In this document: piece after piece, positions 23,796 through 35,530 of the stretch
Layout: each line of letters begins with the position of its first letter
How positions within the stretch are numbered: position 1 is the stretch's first letter
NCBI GenBank assembly: GCA_028534125.1
Contig: CM052818.1
Coordinates: forward strand, 22,508,001 to 22,572,000
Reading direction: 5' to 3'
Source of the DNA: Lama glama
Lineage: Eukaryota
DNA: 64,000 nucleotides
Translations under genes and position numbers: made by a program
The notes under the pieces: model-generated
Database searches by the model: none
Seen by the model: the letters and a program-made list of their open reading frames with translations, nothing else
Told to the model about the DNA's origin: nothing

Positions 23796-23890
23796 TTTTT
23801 TTTTTTAAATGGAGGTACTGGTGATAGAACCAAGGACCTCGTGCATGCTAAGCATGTACTCTACCACTGAGCCTGTATCACCCTCCCCCC
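23796..23890 (-). mobile_element. vic-1-like tRNA-derived SINE, short-tail form
   Basis: Poly-T followed by 'aaatggaggtactggtgatagaaccaaggacctcgtgcatgctaagcatgtactctaccactgagc...ccctcccccc'. Probable TSD ctccttctt. Confidence 0.9.
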
Positions 23891-25279
23891 ATCTCCTTCT
23901 TAAGGCTCCAGAAGCAGATTTCAAAAGCGGGAGCTCCCTACTCCCAACCCAGCTACCTTCACCCAGAGGGGGAATTAAGGACGGGAGAGGCCCCGCACAG
24001 CCAGAGTTATCTCCACAACCTCTTCTGTCACCTAAAGACGGGCACCAAGGTCCCCTGGGCTCTGCCACCCATCAGCCCAAGCAGGACTTTGTGCTGGGGC
24101 AGAAGGAAGGGGAGGGGCCAGTAAATAAGCATTGGTTTGGACTGAGATATGCTGAACTGACACGTATGATAGCTTTTCCTCTGGCTCTGCTCATGTGCCG
24201 TAGGTCCTCCTGCTTTAAGCCTCAGTATCCTTCTCTGTAAAATGAGGATTTGGGCTGAGATCTCTGCTCTCAGAGCCCAGGCATTCTATAGGAAAGAAAC
24301 AGGCCATAGTAGCTTCAGTCTTATTGGTTCCACACTGGGCTTCATCCCTAAGATTTCCTTTGCAGACCGAGCTCAGAGCTGAGGAATCCTGGATCACCTC
24401 TGGGCTAGGTGATGCCCGTGTCTGTCCCAGCTTGAAGCTTCCAGGGATGAGCAGCACCACACCCACTACAGGAGGTCCCAGGCTGCTTACGGAGATAGTA
24501 CTGAACACACAGATACAAATATGTGGCCAGGACACAGAGGGATGAAGCTGGCCGTGGGAAGTCAGCTCAGGAGGGTCTGGGCAGACCCAGGGGAGAATGT
24601 GCACCCATGTTCATTCATATATGCTTATGTGCACATACACGCACACACACACACACACAGTTTCACACACACAGTTGACCCCTGCAGCCCTGCTTATGAG
24701 AAGGCTCCAGCTGGAGGAATTTCCTCATGTCTCCCTCTGAACCTGCCCCATTCCCACTTACCCCCTCTTTGGACTCTTCAAGTTGACCTAGCTGAGCTCT
24801 GTCTGGAGATGAGGAAAATGTCTCTATCTGTTTTTCAAATATTTGGGGCTTGCTAAAGACCAACACATTTTTTTTTAAGTGTGTATAATTCGAGGGCAAT
24901 TTGATCCATATGTTTCTGATTCTCTTGTGCTTAAACCATCAAAATATTGATTTTTAAGAGCCATTTGATGTCTAAGGAACCTTTTTAATAAGCTTTTAAA
25001 GCTCTTTAAACCCAGAGACTGGAGCCAGTGCCAGGGCCCAGGCTGGCTGCTGGCGGGCTGCAACCCCTCCCCTGCGCCATGATTATTTGGAGCCAAGTCT
25101 CACTCCCCCTCTGTGGGCCTCACCTCTGCCTGGCCTCCCTGCCTCCCCCAGAACTATCCAGGGGTCCCAGCTCCAGCATCTTACTCTCCTGACAGAGGGG
25201 CTCACCCCTGCTTCTTTTCACAGACCTCTCTCTTATTTCCTCAAAGCACCCTTAAGACACAGACCAAAGAGGAGCAAAG

Positions 25280-25535
25280 GTGATTTTTAATTTTTAAAGC
25301 CTGCATAATATTTTGCTGTATAAATATGCTACCAATTTATTTAATCAATCCCCATTGAACAACATTTAGGTCATTTCCAACTGTACAGCTTCCTGCCCAT
25401 TTCTGATTATTTCCTTTGGATACATTTCTGGAAGTGAAAATACGGGGTCAAAGACTGTGCATGCCCTTAACGCTCTTTCTACACACGTTGCCACCTCATT
25501 TTTCTCAATGCTTAGACCACTTTATACTTCCACAG
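25280..25535 (-). mobile_element. Old L1 (L1ME/L1MC-like) 3' fragment
   Basis: 'aatttatttaatcaatccccattgaacaacatttaggtcatttcc...gattatttcctttggatacatttctggaagtgaaaatacggggtcaaag'. Confidence 0.8.
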
Positions 25536-25624
25536 GTCTCCCCTCCCGTACTCTTGAGAGGAATGTTCATTTTTATCCAAACAGTGCTATCCCGTTTGAG
25601 CACACAGAAGCCCTCTCACACAGC

Positions 25625-25850
25625 TCAGAGCCGGGTAGACTCTGAAGCCAGAACACCTGCATTTGAGTTCCAAGTCTGCTATTTCCTAATTAGAACAGTT
25701 ACTTATTCTGTCTGTGCCTGTGTCCCCATCTATAATTTGGGGATAATAATGGCACCATCACATTTGCTTACCATGGGGACTAAATGAGACCATGTATATA
25801 AACTTAAATTACTTAGCGTCTGATGCATCAATAAATGATGGCTAATGTTA
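25625..25850 (+). mobile_element. MIR
   Basis: 'gactctgaagccagaacacctgcatttgagttcc...tctgtgcctgtgtccccatctataatttggggataataatggcacc...ggactaaatgagac'. Confidence 0.85.
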
Positions 25851-27786
25851 TCCTTTAGCTATTCCTTCAACCCAGAATGCCCTTCTCTTTCTCACCTTTT
25901 TCATGCACCTTCCTCCCTCCCCCACTTTTCTGATGTACTCACTACCTGGGTCATCTCTTGTCCTTACACTTAGCTAAGCTCCATTTCAATTCAAATCAAT
26001 TCCATCCCAACGATCCTGGCAATGTGCAAGCCAGGGCCTGGGGAGAGTTGCAGACACATAAAATACACTATCTCTGAGGGACAGGTCAGATGTGCTCTTT
26101 GAGCATTAGAGCGGTCCCCACCCCAGCACACGCCATTCCTCATGCTTTGATCTCCTGTAACACTTTGTGTCCGTAAGTTCACTGTGACTATGAGAGACTA
26201 TGTACTGCTCTCTATCACAACTTCATTGTGTGTGTGTATTTGCATGTGCATGCATGTTCTTGTGCACACGTGTGTGTGTGCATGTGTGTGTTTAGACTTT
26301 AAATTCCTGAGGTGCAAAGGTAACATGGTGAGTTTCCTCTGACGCTTCCACAGATCTTACCCACGGCAGGGCACAAAGCTGCTATTTAAGAAACACACGA
26401 ATGAATGAGCGAGCGAACAAAAATCAAAACCGAAACTCCCACTCAGGGTGAGGATTTGGGAAAAGGATTTGACTGGGAGTCAGGAATTCTGCATTTGAAA
26501 TGTGACAGGTCCTGTGTGACATAGGCGGGTCTTGCCCTCTCTGTTCCTCAGCATTCATCCCCCAGAGTGAAGAGATTGAATGAGATGATCTCAAAGGTTC
26601 TTCCCAGTGCTGAAGACACTCTGAAGCCTCCCTTCCCCAACAGCCCTTGTTCCCAGTTGCCAGCCCCTCTCAGTCCCTCCAGACTCAGAACTCATCAGAC
26701 CCACAAAGGCCCCGGTCCAGTCTGGGGAGGGCCTTCTGCTCCCCTGGCTCGTGGGGCTCAAGGCTATTTTGTCTAAGTTCTCCAGGAACAGAGAAAAAGC
26801 ACAGAGGCTTTTGCTAAAGCCCAATGGGCAGGTCTCTCTGAGGACAAGGATTAAGTTTGTCTCTGTTGATCTTTCCTCTAGTCGACTCCCCTGTCTGGGA
26901 ACAGCTTCGGATTCTCTGGGGTTTATCCTCCCTCATATGGTTCCATTCCCGTTGTGATACCCCTGCGCCGTTTTCAGCCATCCCTGTGGAGCGCCTCTGA
27001 TAGGCAGAATAGACCCCAAAAGAATAAAGCAGATTTTAATCCGGGCTGGTTCTCAGTGAAGTCCCTCTTCCTTCAACAATCTCAATTTGGGAAAGAAAAA
27101 AGACCCTCCTGACTCCCTGGCCTGGGGCATCTCTGCCAGACCTCACACCAGACCTGAAAGACCTTCTCTACTGCTGAGGGGGACAGTCCCAAGGGGCCTC
27201 GGCTTCCCTTCATCCCAGCCCAGGACATTTCCAGACTCTGATGGAGCTGCTGGTGATGGGATGGTAGGTTGTCCCTCAAAGGATTATCTGGATTTGGAAG
27301 GGTCACTCAGGGGTCAGCAATCTGGGAGGACCAAGCCTAACTCAACACAGAAGAGGTGGGCAGAGGGTCTCTGTCTCTGAGAGACGCCTTCTGTCTAAGA
27401 ACTGCCCGTCTGCTCAGGGAAAGAGGCCTAATGCCTCTTAAAGGACTTACTCCCTGCCCACCCTCACCCTCCAGACATCAGCTTTGGGCTATAAGGTGCT
27501 GTTTCTATTGACACCACAGTGACAAGAATGTGAGCTTTATGTAAAGAGTGGAGGATGTTTTTGAGCAATTTATGTGACATTTTTAAATCCAAGTTTTAAA
27601 AATCCTGCTGTTCCAAAACAGACACTGAGGCTTCAATACTCAAACTGAACAATCTTTTACTTTTAAAAATAAAGCCTTGGCGTTCATAACCAAAGGGGGT
27701 TCTCCCAGAAACCCCATTTTTAATGACCTTGATTCTGACTCTTTTGATTTAAAATATATGATTTTTACGCCCCTCTTTTGCACACA

Positions 27787-27787
27787 A

Positions 27788-27819
<32 letters not shown>
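27787..27819. repeat. (CA)n microsatellite
   Basis: CA run seen directly. Confidence 0.95.
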
Positions 27820-27821
<2 letters not shown>

Positions 27822-28439
27822 GCGAACAAACACACTTGCTCCATGGTCCTGAACAAGTTTCTCAATATCTCTGGGCCTCGGTTTTCTAATTTATAAAATA
27901 AATACAATTTATATAATTTACAGAATAAAAGATTGGCTAACTATGTCCAAGTTCCCTTCCAATGCTTTAATTCTATTATCTCAAGGGAATTCTGAGCACA
28001 TGAACTTACTGCAGCAGCTGTAGAGCAAAGAAACTATTCTGCCCTGGGTAATTCCCAGGTCATCCCCCCAGCCATGGGCTACAGATGGGGCGGAGCCAGC
28101 TGAACTAATGAGGGAGGCCAAACACTGCACAGGCTTTCAAGAAACACCTCTGTGAGCTACACAGGGGCAGCACCACGTCTGTCCTGCTCACTGCTGCCTT
28201 CCTGCCACCCAGCACAGGGTCCTGCACAGAACAACTATCCAAAATGGTTGCTGAATAAATAAGGCAATTAATTAACTAATTAATTAAGGCATGCATGCTG
28301 GGTCTCTTCCATGATTCAAATAGCTCTTTTCCAAAAAAAAAAAAAATTCAAATTTTTTTGTCAGAAGAACACCTAACATGAATTTTTTCAGAGGATTCTA
28401 GGCCAGGTATCGGCAAATGTAAGCTACTAAAACAGATCC

Positions 28440-28776
28440 AATATAACTCCCATGAAAAAGCCTCCTCCCCTAAAGGTAACCTATGATGATACAAGTAAAC
28501 TGAGTTTTCCTGACCTATTGCATTGAGGCAGGGCGCCTCACAGAGAAGCCTGAAACGAAGTCTCCTTAGGAGAAGTCAGGCTATGGTTTTCGTTGTCCTA
28601 GTAGAAGGTGGATAGCAGAAGTGGAACCAGTACTTGGACTGATTATTTTTTTAAGGCAAAGGTCAGTTCAAGTGAGGTGAGGTGATGAGTGAAGAACAAA
28701 GTGTTATGGAAATCCAGACCTTCTGCGGTGATAACGGCATAATTGATGGAAGTGGGGTGCTGGTTCTTATCCTCCA
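28440..28776 (-). mobile_element. 3' LTR of the provirus
   Basis: Starts TG (tggaggataagaaccag) right after the purine tract 'tagaggggagggcc' (28790-28777). Aligns with 32032-31700, e.g. 'acctcacctcacttgaactgacctttgccttaaaaaaataatcagtccaag' vs 'acctcacctcttgtacagaccctcgctttaagaaatgagccagtccaag'. Lower boundary approximate. Confidence 0.8.
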
Positions 28777-28879
28777 GGCCCTCCCCTCTACGGCCATTCT
28801 GTGGCCAAATCAAAGGGTCAACCACAAAAGCAGCCTCTCCATCACTGTCAGGATTCTCGGTGACATTATCATCTCAGAA

Positions 28880-29850
28880 ACAACAATTTTGAGCTGGAGT
28901 AATCTCCCTGTTCCATTTGTCAGGTGATGAGTTGCTGGGTCATATGATGTGATTCTATCTGTACACCCACGGTCAAGGGTCTGGAGAGTCTACACTTGGC
29001 AACCACTATGGACATGAAGAGGAAAAGGGTGATCTTTAGACTTTGAAGAATCCCACATTATCGAACCCAGGTTAAAAATGTTCTAGCGTCCATTTGGGTT
29101 TACCTTAGACAGAAAGGTGGCCATCTCCTTCAGTTTCAAAATAGATTGTTATATCTCATCAGTAATAGTTATCCAAGTGTGACACAAAATGACAATGGCA
29201 CAGATAACTCCTAGACTAGCTAATGGAAAATCTAAAGCTAGCTGATTGTCCATTTCCATTGGGCCAAAGAGTTTAGATTTGCCCCATGAACCTCAAAACT
29301 ATGGAAGTTTATTTGTAACATCAGCTTAGGTTAATGATACATTTCTGTCATCCTTTCCCAATGATATAACCCTCGTTATAGAAATCACCATTTTGATGGT
29401 ACACAGAAAAAGGGAATCAATATTTCCTCCAGGTAATTTTCTAGAATAGTCTATGTGACTTCATTTTGTAAGTTCCTGGAGGCATGCTTCATTGAGACAT
29501 CTTCCTCAGAGGGTGCTGAGAGCCTAAATACCTAAACATTTCTGAAAAGTTAAGGCTTGATTTCCATACACAGAAAACAGTCCCCAAGTGGGGCACAGAC
29601 TGTGTCGAAAATAGAGGTGCTGAGTGATAGCTGGATCATCTCTTTGGCATCTCCTTTGGGTAGAACCGAAATAATAATAGCAATAAAAACAACAACAACA
29701 ATAATAAACATGACAATCACCAAAGACATTTCCTCAATAAAATCTATGCCATGGGGCAGCACCAATGCTATCAGCAAACCATTACCACAAAGTAGCAAAC
29801 TAGAAAGAAATAGGCCAAAATTAAAGGAAGACTGCTAGACAGAGGAGAAT
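28880..29850 (-). pseudogene. env: Retroviral env remnant (SU C-terminus, TM immunosuppressive domain, membrane anchor); disrupted
   Basis: Minus-strand translation gives 'TVCAPLGDCFLC', 'RNVSLT*ADV', 'NLNSLAQ/(frameshift)MDNQLALDFPLASLGVICAIVILCHTWIT...KLKEMATFLSKVNPNG' and 'GILQSLKITLFLFMSIVVAKCRLSR', matching the class I env ISD/CX6CC/TM pattern. Confidence 0.85.
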
Positions 29851-30054
29851 GTGTTCATTTGTGACTCCAACCATCTGAATGATCTTTTTCCAAAGATGTG
29901 GAAGCATGTCTATTTCATGCTTTCATCTGCTTAACAGAAAGGTCTCAGGTTAGAGTCTCCTTCTGAAGATTTTCTGCTTCTGGGGGATTCTTACGCATCC
30001 TCACTGGGAAACTTCTGTTTGGGATGGCCTTCGGGTTGCCAGGGATGGTCTGTG

Positions 30055-30885
30055 TTTCTTTCATTGGGAAGCATACAACCAAAAATCAAACGCCTGGAGT
30101 TTTACCGCTCTCTTAAGTGTCTGCAATAACTAATGTCTTTTTCCATCAAGGTCCAAGGGCTGCCTTTCTCTGATGTCTCTTCTAGAAAATCAAGTTTTAG
30201 GTTGTGCAGGCATAGATTAGGAGGCTGTTAATAATAAAACTGGCCTATTGTATGGCTCCCTTTCAGTATTTGGCTATTGCTGCTTCTAACAGGGCAGCGT
30301 CTGGGATGAGAGGTGATATTCCTAGATGCTTGGGCAGGCTTGTTACCAGCTTCTGAGGAAAGCGCTGTGCTCTCAAAGGAGGGGATCGTGCTATCATTAA
30401 AGCCAAGGGCAGGACTTTGGGCCAGGGAAATTCAAGTGTTTCTGAAAGCTGAGCTAAGTTTAACTTGAAAATTCCATTTGTCCTTTCTACTTTGCCTGAA
30501 GATGGGGAGTGGTACGGACAGAGGAAATTTTGAGTAAGCAGCAACGCCTTGCAGAATTGTTTAACGATCATCTCAGGGATGGGAGGATACTCATCCCTAG
30601 AGCAGTAGACTGCGACTCCTCCAGGAGGAAACACAAAATCGAATGGCTTGTTCTCATGCTCTTCAACAAGGAAAGGTTTCAACAAATCTGAAAATAAACA
30701 AGCCAAAAAAGCCGACAACAAACAAAAACAAAAACAGCAGAACAGATTCATAATCCATTAAAAGGGATAATTGTATCACATTCATTTGGAAGTTTTCAAA
30801 GAGGCCTTGAGGTCTTGATTCCCAGCCATGCCCCACCTTTACTGTTTTGCCAAGATCATGTTGTTGGCGGGTGAGGTATGCACTA
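30055..30885 (-). pseudogene. pol: Retroviral integrase remnant (end of Zn finger, catalytic core, C-terminal domain); disrupted
   Basis: 'QQHDLGKTVKVGHGWESRPQGLFENFQMNVIQL', 'CPYHSPSSGKVERTNGIFKLNLAQLSETLEFPWPKVLPLALM' (ORF 30263-30751) and 'KRHQRKAALGP*WK...AVKLQAFDFWLYASQ*KK' are recognisable ERV1 integrase motifs. Confidence 0.9.
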
Positions 30886-30888
30886 GAG

Positions 30889-31110
30889 CAGGGTTCAGTA
30901 AACTATAGTCCATGGGCCAGTTCTGGCCCATGGACTTTTTTTGTAAATAAGGTTTCTGGAACACCATCATGCCTGTTTGTTTATGTACTGTCTATCACTG
31001 CTTTTGCATCCCAAGGGCAGAGCTGAAGAGCGGCAATAGAGACCGTGTGTCCCACAGAGCCTGAAGCATTGACTATCTTGCCCTTTACAGAAAAAGTTTG
31101 TTGATTACTG
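30889..31110 (+). mobile_element. MER58A-like hAT-Charlie DNA transposon inserted in the provirus
   Basis: 'cagggttcagtaaactatagtccatgggccag...ttttgtaaataaggtttctggaacac...gactatcttgccctttacagaaaaagtttgttgattactg'. Full length, with CAG...CTG termini. Confidence 0.9.
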
Positions 31111-31307
31111 GTGTAAGGCGCCATCAAGATGGACCATTTGGGTCATACTGGAAATTCTCCAACCTGGCCACTGCAATTCCAGACAGTTCTTGGAGTAGTT
31201 GTGCCATTTTGTAAAATATGCACAAGAGTTTGGGTTACAATGAGAATCCCACAAAGAGCAGGTCTCCAGCCTGGTGGAGAAGCAGACTTGGACTGAGATG
31301 ACCCCAT
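31111..31307 (-). pseudogene. gag: Retroviral gag matrix N-terminal remnant
   Basis: ATG at 31307 gives the myristoylation-type start MGSSQSKSASPPG. After a frameshift it reads 'NPNSCAYFTKWHNYSKNCLELQWPGW...MVHLDGAL', like ERV1 MA. Confidence 0.75.
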
Positions 31308-31689
31308 GAAAGTTAATAACAGCCAAATGAATTGCTTCTGTACCTCCTCTCTTGGGCTCCCAACTAGAGGGTGACTATCTCCAGCAGCAGTCATCAGCAA
31401 AAGGGGTTTAGGGATTTTGTCTCCCAAATCAACTCTTTGGGACACAGGGTCAGGATGGAGGAACACAGAGGCTGTAACATTTTCAGATGGAGAGCCAAGA
31501 TAAAGTTCATCCCCTGAGGGTCACTAACCAAGCAAGACCTTCAACTTGTTGGTGCTTGGGGCTGGTTTGGGCCATGGACTTAGTGGTACTCATCTGCTGA
31601 CAATTCTATGATCATTTTGTTCCCCTAGAGACAAAGTTTATAACAAAAAAGGACAAGACAAAGGTGAGACTAGACAAATAACATCTAAA

Positions 31690-32032
31690 GTGTGCAAAAC
31701 TCTGCTTAATTAGAGAAAGCTGTTATGATAGAAGTAAAACTGACTTATTGATTTAGAGCAGCAAGGGAGAACACTAAACTGACAATTCTTAAGTAACAGC
31801 TTGTTAGGAGAAATAAATGCTTTTTTTTTTAAAACTCCTTGTGAGGCTCAGAAGTTCTCAGAGCAGGATACCAGAATAGGATACACTCTTGGACTGGCTC
31901 ATTTCTTAAAGCGAGGGTCTGTACAAGAGGTGAGGTTCTGAGCAAAAAAAAATGAAGTCTTGTACTAGTCACCAGGCCTTCTGGTGCTGTTACTACACAG
32001 CAAGTGATGGGCACTTCTGGTTCTCAGTCCCA
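31690..32032 (-). mobile_element. 5' LTR of the provirus
   Basis: Starts 'tgggactgagaaccagaag...ccatcacttg...cagaaggcctgg', homologous to the 3' LTR start 'tggaggataagaaccagc...ccatcaatt...cagaaggtctgg'. Lower boundary approximate. Confidence 0.8.
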
Positions 32033-32039
32033 GTCATTA

Positions 32040-32240
32040 TAGTGATAATGGCTGTCACTTATTAGGTCAGACAACATAGGTGATTTATCTCTGTGTACCC
32101 CGTGCCAGACACTGTCCATATACCATCTCGTTTAAATCTCACAACAACACTGTCAAGTTGGCATTATTATTCTTTTCATTTGACAGAGGTGGAAACTGAG
32201 GCGCTTGCCCAAAATGTAGCAGCTAGTAAGTGCCCAAGCC
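32040..32240 (-). mobile_element. MIR
   Basis: 'gtgccagacactgt...tctcgtttaaatctcacaacaacactgt...attattattcttttcatttgacagaggtggaaactgaggc'. Confidence 0.85.
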
Positions 32241-32469
32241 AATGCTCGCTCTTTCTCTGCATTGGTATCTCCCTGCCTCTCCTGGGGGTGTGACTCTGTG
32301 AGCGCTGAAGCGCTCGTTCCCAGATTCGCCTTCTACTCGGTCTTCGAGAGCAGAGATGCTCCTCTCAAACATTCCCATATCCAACAATCACACACCTTCA
32401 TACTCAGAAAGCCTCTTCCCATTTCTCTCCCTCCTTGCTCAAAGTTAAAAGACAAAGCCATGTAAAATA

Positions 32470-33220
32470 ATAGTAATCACATTAAAAGGTGCTCAATCTC
32501 ATTAGTCAAGCAGGAAGTACAAATGAAAACCAAACCATGAGATTCGATTACACTCCCACCAGACAGAACAGCTCAAATGAAAAGCACTAACAATACCAAG
32601 TGTTGACAAGAATATGGAGCAACTGAAACTCATATAATGGTGTGGATGTAAATTGGTATAGCCGCTTTGGAAACTGTTTGGTAGTGTCTGCTAAAGCTAA
32701 ATATATACCTTCCCAGATAGAGATCCAACAGAATTGGGTACACGTTCAAAATGGTCAGGGTAGAACTATTCATGATACCTAAAAAACTAGGAATTACTCA
32801 GAATACCCATCAACAGTGGAATGGATAAATAAATTATAGTATATTCACAAAATTGAATACTATACAGCAATGAGAATGAATGAACCACAACTCACATAAC
32901 AACATGGATGAATCGCAAACATAATTTTGAACAAAGATTTTACACACAAGAGTATATACTATACCATATGGTTTCATTTAGAGGAAGTACCAAAATTGCC
33001 AAAACTGTTTCCATCAGGATAATGGTTATCCTCGGCAGGGGGGATAGAAGTCTGGAAGGGGATAAGAAGAGGGCTTCTGGGGTACTGGTAACTTTCTATT
33101 TCTTGATCTGGGTGCTGAACACCAATGTGTTGGCTTTATGAAAATTAATTGAGCTGTACTCATAATTTATGCACTATTCTGAATGAATTCTATACTTAAA
33201 ACTAAGAACTTAAAAAAGAC
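32470..33220 (+). mobile_element. L1ME-like fragment (ORF2 end plus 3'UTR)
   Basis: 'aaaggtgctcaatctcattagtc...caataccaagtgttgacaagaatatggagcaactgaaactc...cccatcaacagtggaatggataaataaattatagtatattcacaaaattgaatactatacagcaatgagaatgaatgaac'. Confidence 0.9.
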
Positions 33221-34160
33221 GAAGACATACAGCCTCTGCTTTCCATCCCTCTCCATCCATCTCCAGCCAATAAAGTCCATTTTCAAAGGGAAGGAGTTAC
33301 AAATCCAGAGGGTCCACGTCTGAAATGCCATACTCATTGGTCCCTAGGACAGAGGTTCCCAGGTTCTGACTCCCCCACGCAGCCTCACACACTCTCTGCA
33401 GGGCACACCTTGGTCTTGCTTCCTGAAAGTGAATCAGATAGACCTCATCTCTGCTACTTACCCAGGACTTTGGGAAGGTCCGTTCATCTCTCCAAGCCCC
33501 TATTCCCTTATCTTCAAACAAAACAGTAGTACATGCTCTTCATTGTCTACCCCCAGATCATTCCTTCCCCCTCTTTCCTTCCCACTATGGCTGAGTGCCC
33601 CAGTTGTGTGACTTCCTAGCCCCTCAGAGTGCTAGACCAAGGGCGTGTGACTCTTTAAAATACTGAAGATGGGAGATAAGAAATAGGGCAGGGCCCTTGA
33701 GTCCTTGGTTGGCGCACTGTTTTGCCAACCCTGGAACCCTGACTCTGGACAACTGGAGGGAAAGAGAGGCCCTAGGTGGCCTCTCCTGAGGGGCTTGAGA
33801 GGCTCCACCCCCACCATCAGGGCTGACAGATAAGAGAGCTTTTTCCAGGCTGCAGGGCAAGTCCTAGAGAGGGATAAGGAATTAGGCATACTGGATCCAA
33901 TTGTGAGTTTTTCAGAAGTGCCTTCTTATGAACAAGAATTTTCAACAAGAATTTGTTCAGTGCCTTTGAGTGCCAGACACCCTACTGTGTGCTGAGGAAT
34001 TACTTTTGGTATCTGTGAGGGAGATGATTAAGAGGGAGGAGACTCTGGGAGTAGCAACTTGAGGCCTGAGCAGCTTCAGAGCTTTCAGAGAGGGGCTCAC
34101 ACCCTCTGGGTTTGATTCCTGGTTCAGTTGCTCTGCTGAGTAAGACTATGAAAATCCCGC

Positions 34161-34673
34161 TGTAGAAAACTGCTGTTGCCTCCCAATGTCCACCCCTCCC
34201 ACCTCCTTTCTAACAGTCTTGAGTTTTTCTGGGGCAGCAAAATTCCCTGTTAAAAAAAATATTCACCACCTCCAAATATAGCTGAAGGTGTCCATATTTG
34301 TGGCCAATGAGATGTAGAAATAATTTTACAGTGGGACTTCTGGAAAGGTATTGTATCCTTTCCTGATATTCTGTATCCTGATAAAAAGGCAATGGTCTGG
34401 CCAGCACAAATTTTTTCCATACCGACTTCTTCCAGCCTGGAACTCAGTTGTGATGCCTGGAAGTGGAGCAGCCATTTGTGACCATGAAGATAAAAACTGT
34501 CAAGGATGACAGAGCAGGAAGATAGTAGGAGTTTTGATTCTTCATGACTCTCTTGAATAGCTATACTGACCTGGACTGCCTATCTCTAGACTACCTATTA
34601 TGTAAGAAAAATAACTGCTTGACTTGTTTAAGGTTTATCTTAAGCAGCCAGTGTAATTCCTAACTGATGTACA
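34161..34673 (+). mobile_element. MaLR solo LTR (MLT1J-like)
   Basis: TG...CA termini ('tgtagaaaactgctgttgcctcccaatgtcc' to 'ttcctaactgatgtaca'), with internal 'tgatgcctggaagtggagcagccatttgtgaccatgaag'. Confidence 0.85.
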
Positions 34674-35084
34674 TGGCTACCCCGAGTGCCTCATTTTCTC
34701 CCTCTTTCCATGATCTCACAGTCTGGCACAGAAATGGATTATGCATCTGCTACGTGCTTTTCAGAAGCTGCACCAAGAACAGTCGAAGAGGCCACCAGTC
34801 TATGCTGTCCACTTGGTCCCAACTCTCTTAGCCTGGAAGGGCCTCCCTAGTTGCCTGGGTCCTCCAGAGACCAGGAGGCAGTGCCACCTGGGACAACCCC
34901 AGGATTCTAGATCTCTAGCTGTGAATACAGGGCAAGAGTCCTAGGCCAGCAGTCAGAAGTCCTGGGATCCTGGACCACCTCTGCTACTAATCAGAGCATG
35001 ACCTTGATCCAGTCATTCCCCACTCTCCTGAGCCTCAGTCACCCCAACTTTGGAATGTAGGGATTGAGTCAGTTTTCAAAGTAT

Positions 35085-35530
35085 ATCAATTAGTTCGCAT
35101 TTAACTACAAATAATAAAAGCAAGCAAACAAAAGAACAACAAAAATCAAAAACAAAACTGAAAACAATTTTTCAAACAGGTTTAAACATTTATCAGGCTT
35201 AAAACTTATCATCTGATAAAGTCCAGAGACAGGACCACTCCAGGGCTAGTATGGCCAATGGTCCACCAATGTCGTCAGGCCCTCTGCAGTTCTCCATGGA
35301 TTAGCTTTGTCCTCATTCTGGCTTCTTTCAGGGGCATAGGATGGCTGCCAGAGTACCAGGCATCACAACCAGGCTCATCCCAGCCAAGAAAGAAGAGAAT
35401 TTGTCTTTCTCGCATTTCATTTTTAGGAGCAAGAAGCTTTTCCCACAAGTCCCTACAGACTTTCTTTTATTCCTCATTGGCCAGAAGGGCCTGCTTCCAA
35501 CCAATCACTGGAAAGGAAAGTGGAATTGCC
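35085..35530 (-). mobile_element. MaLR LTR (MLT1-type)
   Basis: 'ataggatggctgccagagtaccaggcatcaca...aagcttttcccacaagtccctacagactttc...cattggccagaa...ccaatcactggaaagg'. Confidence 0.75.

Larger units (their letters stand above)
28440..32032 (-). mobile_element. Decayed, internally deleted ERV1-class (gammaretrovirus-like) provirus with both LTRs
   Basis: Two mutually homologous terminal repeats, a polypurine tract before the 3' LTR, and gag, integrase and env remnants in the correct order on the minus strand (see sub-features). Confidence 0.9.

Noticed and set aside
29550..29798. Apparent small membrane protein (VIVMFIIVVVVFIAIII)
   Set aside because: The hydrophobic run comes from an (aat/aac)n-like low-complexity tract inside the decayed env region.
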